A DNA stretch of 56,070 nucleotides, counting the filler, from Sphacelaria rigidula (Eukaryota): assembly GCA_964200075.2 (NCBI GenBank). It is 6 parts of 6 records of this genome, joined end to end, with 100 filler letters (N's around TTAATTAATTAA, not from the genome) between each part and the next. Parts side by side here need not be neighbours in the genome. Positions count along the whole stretch, not along the records: positions 46,810 to 56,070 come from CAXNAA020008896.1; 5 more parts are not named here. One strand, written 5' to 3'. Positions 51,096-56,070 of this stretch are shown here, piece by piece. Both the position numbers and the translations under genes were made by a program. The notes under the pieces are model-generated. The model ran no database searches, was not told where the DNA came from, and saw only the letters and a program-made list of their open reading frames with translations. Position 1 is the stretch's first letter; every line of letters starts with the position of its first letter.

Positions 51096-51751
51096 CCGTG
51101 CTAGCTGTCTTCACCGAAATATTCAGCAATCAAAAGTCGCACTCGAAAAAACGGAAATATAAGGCTGTAATCACGTCACGCCCTGACGCACAATCAAGCC
51201 GCTCCCGCCGTGTCGTGTCCTGGCAGAACCTCAATGTGTATCTAACATCCAAGGTCGCAGCGTCTGCGGTTGCCAACCTGTCGATCGTTGTCCGCTTTGA
51301 ATCTCGGAAGCACCTGCTGGGTGCTGCGCACTGATATGCCGCCTGATATTTGGTTTCACCAACGTGTTCGATTGCGATTCCCATCCCGATATTTATGTGA
51401 GGTAAACAAACGCCCTTTTCACGAACTCGATTTTTCGGAACTGCGCGTCAGGTCCAGTTCACAAGGGGGGCTTGATAAAGACGGCGCGGAGATGTTCAGG
51501 CGGGAAATGAGGAAAAGAGAGAATTATCCCAAATAGCGTCTTTTGTTTTTTTCCTAGTATGGTATGTCCTTTGCCTTGTTGAATGTCCCTACGGCAGCGG
51601 AAGTCCCATCCCTTCTAAACCGTTGACCCGACGGTTCTGATGGTTGATGAATGCTCAAATACAGTAGAGTTCTCACCACAGTGTAGTTACCAAAGATTGC
51701 GCTGCCACACCAGAGCTCAGTCAAAGTCGCTCGCCGTAAGCCCGGTCCGCT

Positions 51752-51835
51752 GATTATATTATTATTATTATCATTATTATTATTGTCATTGTTATCATCA
51801 TCATTATTATTATTATCATTATCATTATTATTATC

Positions 51836-51873
<38 letters not shown>

Positions 51874-52020
51874 CATTATTACTACTACTATTTTTATTAT
51901 TATTATTATTTATTCATTTTGATATATTTATATCAGTTGTATCCCTGTTTATATCATAATTGTCATTTGTACTACTTATTTTATTACCAATTTTATTACC
52001 AATTTTATTATTATTATTTT
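51752..52020. repeat. (TAT/CAT)n microsatellite and AT-rich tract
   Basis: Direct reading. Confidence 0.9.
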
Positions 52021-52128
52021 GTTGCACTATAAACCCCTGCCCTTCCTCGGGACGAGTCCGTGGTCTCAAGGGATCAACCCATCCCTCCCCGGTACTGAGC
52101 TACCGACTATTTGCGATACACCAGTCAA

Positions 52129-52164
<36 letters not shown>

Positions 52165-53220
52165 GTCTGGAAGCGGTAGCAGCGTTTGTGTCATCTCCCT
52201 CTTGCAGAGGTGGCGGCCGAGAGCTACTGCTGTACTCGTAGGGTCTGCAGATAGCGGAGACGCAACCAGCTTTCATCGCCCTGCTGGCTGCACGCCCCCC
52301 TCTCATGAAGCATTTTCAGGGGACCTCTTTGTCGTCGTCGTTGTTGTTGTTGGTGTTGTTGTTGTTTTCATCGTACTGCAATAAGGAGTTCTTCCCCCGG
52401 CATCCCCCCTCCTTTGCCTTCAGGGCGCTCTTGTCTGTTGTCTCGTTTCCTCCCTCGTTTTCCCTTGTTTTTTAGAGTTTACTTTTTTCGCCACCGAGTA
52501 TTTTTGTTGATTTCCCTCAGGTACGTCTCTTTTTTGCGACTGCGGCTGCATTCGTGGTGCATCGGTTCATGCGCGACAACCCCTCACTCAAGCTGTAATG
52601 TTTTGTGCTGGTTCCCGAGTGAGCGCGATCATGTCGGGCTGTCCTAGTGCGCTTACAACCCACCGCACTGCGTGCTGGAACCACGGCTGTGTGCACCCAC
52701 CCCAAGACACGCAGTGCTGTTCTAAGATACCGAAAACCGTGTTTACTGCTGGGAAGAAGGTCTCGGAACCTAGTCACAGTTTTCGCCCTCTGGTGGTTGG
52801 CGTTTGAGATACCCCAGGCATACTCGTTTGTGCTCGTTAGCCTGCATTACTGTTACTTTTTGCCTTCGTGTGGGAATGTGAGCTGCGCCGCCGAGAACCG
52901 TCCTTGCATCTGGTAAGAAAAACGTTTCGGAACCTACTCAGTTTCTGCCCATCTTGTAGTCGACGTTTGAGATACTCCAAGCACACTCGTTCGTGCTTGT
53001 TGATCTACACTGCCGCTCTCTTTCGCTTTTTCGTTTGTGTGTTTGTCGCACCGTCGCACCGTCGAAGGCCGGGATGCCTCATTGTATTGCTCGACGGCTG
53101 GGGGGGCTGTTTTGTAAGCTGGGCCTGGGTGAGCGGTACGCCCCCGGAGAAAAAGGGGTCGACGTGTCCATGTGAGGAGAATGAGAAGGCAAAACATCTC
53201 TTGTTGCGAATATATTCCAC

Positions 53221-53412
53221 AACAGGGTGGTTGAGGAAGGGAATCGTAACCCAGGGGGACCGTAACCCAAGGGTACCGTAACCCAGGAGTACCCCTTGTT
53301 CTGAGGTTCTTTGAAATTACTGGTTATCGCAGGGCACTGGTATAGTCTGTTGGAAAGCGCAACAGGGTGGCCCGGGTAGGGTATCGTAACGGGGGGAACC
53401 GTACCCCGGGTT
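53221..53412. repeat. Short tandem CGTAACCC-type repeats in two related blocks
   Basis: AACAGGGTGG...ATCGTAAC...ACCGTA.CCC at 53221 and 53361. Confidence 0.7.
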
Positions 53413-54324
53413 TTGAGGTTTGATGAATTTCCGATCAACGCAGGGTACTCGTCGTATCCGGAATGCCGGAAGTGTTGAGTGCTTCTGGGCACAGCACCTC
53501 GGGCATCGAGTGGAACAAGTTCCGTGGATTCCAGAGTACTGCATGGCGTGCACCGTGACCTTCCCAAGCGTGATTGCCCTTGCGAGTTGAAATCCTCCCC
53601 GCTGGGAGTGATGGCGTACCGCAGTATCCTTCGATGAATATACCGGATGTGAGCTTTGGTGTTTGAGCGCTATTCGAAGCAGCTTTGCTGGCAGTTCAGG
53701 TTTGAAAAGTTTTGAGTCAAGCTCCGTTGTCGCCGGATGTAAATGGTCGTGCTTCGTTCAGGCGGTCCTATCCAAACAACGTGTAAATGTTCTTTTTGAT
53801 CATGTTCCTCTTCCGCGTCTTCTCCGCTTTCCAGCGTTAACGAGGTACCTCCCTGCCAACAAGTTGATTTTTATTACTCCGTCGATATTTTTTAGGGACG
53901 CTTCTGTGGTGGCGTGCACCTTGCCGAGTTCGTGTGTAGATACGACCGTTTGTTTCTCACATTGATGTCGGTGTTGATTCAAGGTCTGACCGCGTTAATT
54001 TGCTCGCCTCTCGTGTGTGCGTTCGTTTACTTTGTTTCTCCGTGTATTTATGCTATGCATTATTATTGGTGGGGGTGCTTACAAGGCCTGTGGCCGGGAA
54101 GCACACGACCGACAAGACGCGGCTGGCCGTCCACGAGAAAATTCGGAGAGAATTCCCATTGGTGAGAGGTTCTTGTAATCCTTTAGTCGGCGGGAGATTG
54201 GGAGAGGGGACCTACAGAAATGTACGTGAACAATGATTGGTACTACGGAGATGCCGCCACCCCTAACGCTAACCCTGACCCTAACCCTAACCCCGACCAA
54301 AGCATACCGAGAACCCTCGGGCAA

Positions 54325-54426
54325 GGGGGTGTACTCATGATTATGCATGCCACAGTCATGAGACCATTGACCTCGCATCCCTACAAAGCCGGGACGGAGC
54401 ACGCCGGGTTCTCGCCGGACCAGGCT
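54325..54426 (-). mobile_element. SINE family A, truncated copy inserted into a family I element
   Basis: Splits family I homology; CAAGGGGG(G)TG is duplicated on both sides. Confidence 0.85.
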
Positions 54427-55261
54427 CAAGGGGGGTGCGAAGTGTTTCTTGAGCAAATTGTGCGTTGCCAGAGCTCAAATCGACGCCTTTGAGCCGATTT
54501 TGGACCAAAAGACGTTCTGGACGAGCTGGGTCTGCTGCTCATCACTGCTTACCTGCCCCGAATCATGAATTTTCTCAGCACTTTCTCCAGTCTGAAACCA
54601 AGCAAAATCGAGTAGTAATCATTGTTTACGTGCGTTTCTTCAGGCCTACTGGTTTAGGGGTCTCAACCGCAGAAGGATTCGCATGTGCGAATCATACCAC
54701 ACGCAACGACATGGGCATTCAGACATCCGAGGTGACTGGAAAATGACTGCTGCGAAACTTCCCGGTCGATGGATCGACTCTCTGTCGGCAGAGCGTTCGT
54801 TTCGGTCATGGCTCATTCGTAGTGACGATGCGGAGATTTCATGTCTTGGTGTTTACGCTCATGCAAATGCTCCCGGTATGGTATCTCGAATGCTTTGGTG
54901 AAGTGAGATCCTTTGATCATTCCGACATATTCGGACACTTCCTACGAAGCCCCCCCCCCCCAAATAAAGGAATAAACAACAGCCCAAAACTGTCACGAAA
55001 CAAATGGTCATACAGCACCTGATGTTTGGCTTCAGGCTGAATGAAGCGCCCCCACATGGGCGACATTGTCGAAAATGAACCCAAGCATGGGTATTCCCAG
55101 CTGTTCATTGCGCTCGGCGTTTTTCATCTCGAGTCACGTGTACATTTTGCATCCCCAAACCAGACACGTTTTGGGAGGGGAGGGTATCGTACAAAGTGTC
55201 TTCGGTTGGTATGATCTTACGCAGAGATTACCATGCGCGTAGTGAGTTGTTTACACGATTC

Positions 55262-55530
55262 CAAGGGTCGGAAAAATCAATGGTTCGTCTGATAATTACT
55301 TGGTTCGAGTGTAATTGACTCGAATCGTGCGAATCAATCCCTAGGCTTTGTTTTCGGCATTGCAACCCAGGTACACGCAGCCCAGACACGTAGAATGGCG
55401 CAAACGTTGCGTGGGTACCGCTTGGACCAGCGGTCAACTTTCCCCCCCCTTTTGGGCAACCAGGCCGAAGAAATCGTGGAGTTGGTGATTCGAACCCGTG
55501 ATGATTCGTCCTAATCGTGCACGATTCGAT
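55262..55530 (+). mobile_element. Repeat family M
   Basis: Colinear with 22603-22870 (TTGCAACCCAGGTACACG, CAGGCCGAAGAAA, CGTGATGATTCGTCCTAA). Confidence 0.78.
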
Positions 55531-56070
55531 TCCGCGTGTGTGATGAGGGGGGTTTGATTCAACAGTTCACGACGTGATTGCACTGCGGACTCTCTGACTG
55601 CGACAGGTCCATTCGTTTTCGATCTAGTTTGTCATACTATCAACCCCCCGTCCCCTTCCTCGAGACAAGTTCGTAGTGGTCGCAAGGCGACCAACAGATT
55701 TCTCCCTCGCCGCTTGCCTCACAATTTCTCTCAATGAACGTTGGGTCACTACTTCGGCAGCCCTTTTCTTCTTATCCCTTTTTTTTGTTTTTGGTAGAAG
55801 TCACGTGTTCACGCTCTTCGCAAAATAAAACAAATGAAACGCACCTTCGTGCTGTAGGTATATTAATCCATTACTCTATCTAAAGTGCCCGATGTTGTAC
55901 CAGTGTGATCACAGGGCCGCGGCGTTGTCCACGGTGGCCCAGCTGTACCCGAAAAACAACTTGTGCCTTGGTCTCCACGCATCAGTGACATTACGATGAC
56001 TTATTTATTTTTGTCCCCAGAGGACAGAAAGGAACCTTTTACCCATGCACTTCGCTATTTCTAGTTTCGT

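Noticed and set aside
1..56070. Endogenous giant-virus segment or a purU/ValRS/DUF2061 gene cluster
   Set aside because: No dense intronless ORFs or viral hallmark genes; the genes lie on separate, artificially joined fragments.

Overview
Eukaryotic, intron- and repeat-rich DNA, most likely a brown alga or related stramenopile (inferred from gene content, short exons in long introns and the repeat landscape). The window is not one locus. It is six near-equal fragments (9263, 9262, 9262, 9261, 9261, 9261 bp) joined by five identical 100-bp N/TTAATTAATTAA/N linkers. Most entries in the ORF track are spurious. Spliced genes I could reconstruct with consistent phases: formyltetrahydrofolate deformylase (PurU, 5 exons, minus), valyl-tRNA synthetase (4 N-terminal exons, plus), a tandem DUF2061-like membrane protein (3 exons, minus, with a GC-AG intron) and one alpha/beta-hydrolase exon (AHSMGG). 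Fragments 1 and 4 hold unidentified, probably decayed, multi-exon genes. Mobile DNA dominates: two degenerate LINEs, a ~510-bp SINE-like family sharing the LINE 3' end, two tRNA-derived SINE families, many MITEs, and a 2.1-kb non-autonomous hAT element enclosing a second TIR element and a ~590-bp hairpin. I found no single convincing novel multi-gene system. The best leads are the oligo-C-ended LINE/SINE pair, the nested foldback hAT and the unidentified exon-rich relic in fragment 1. Repeat boundaries were read by eye and are approximate unless TIRs or TSDs are quoted.
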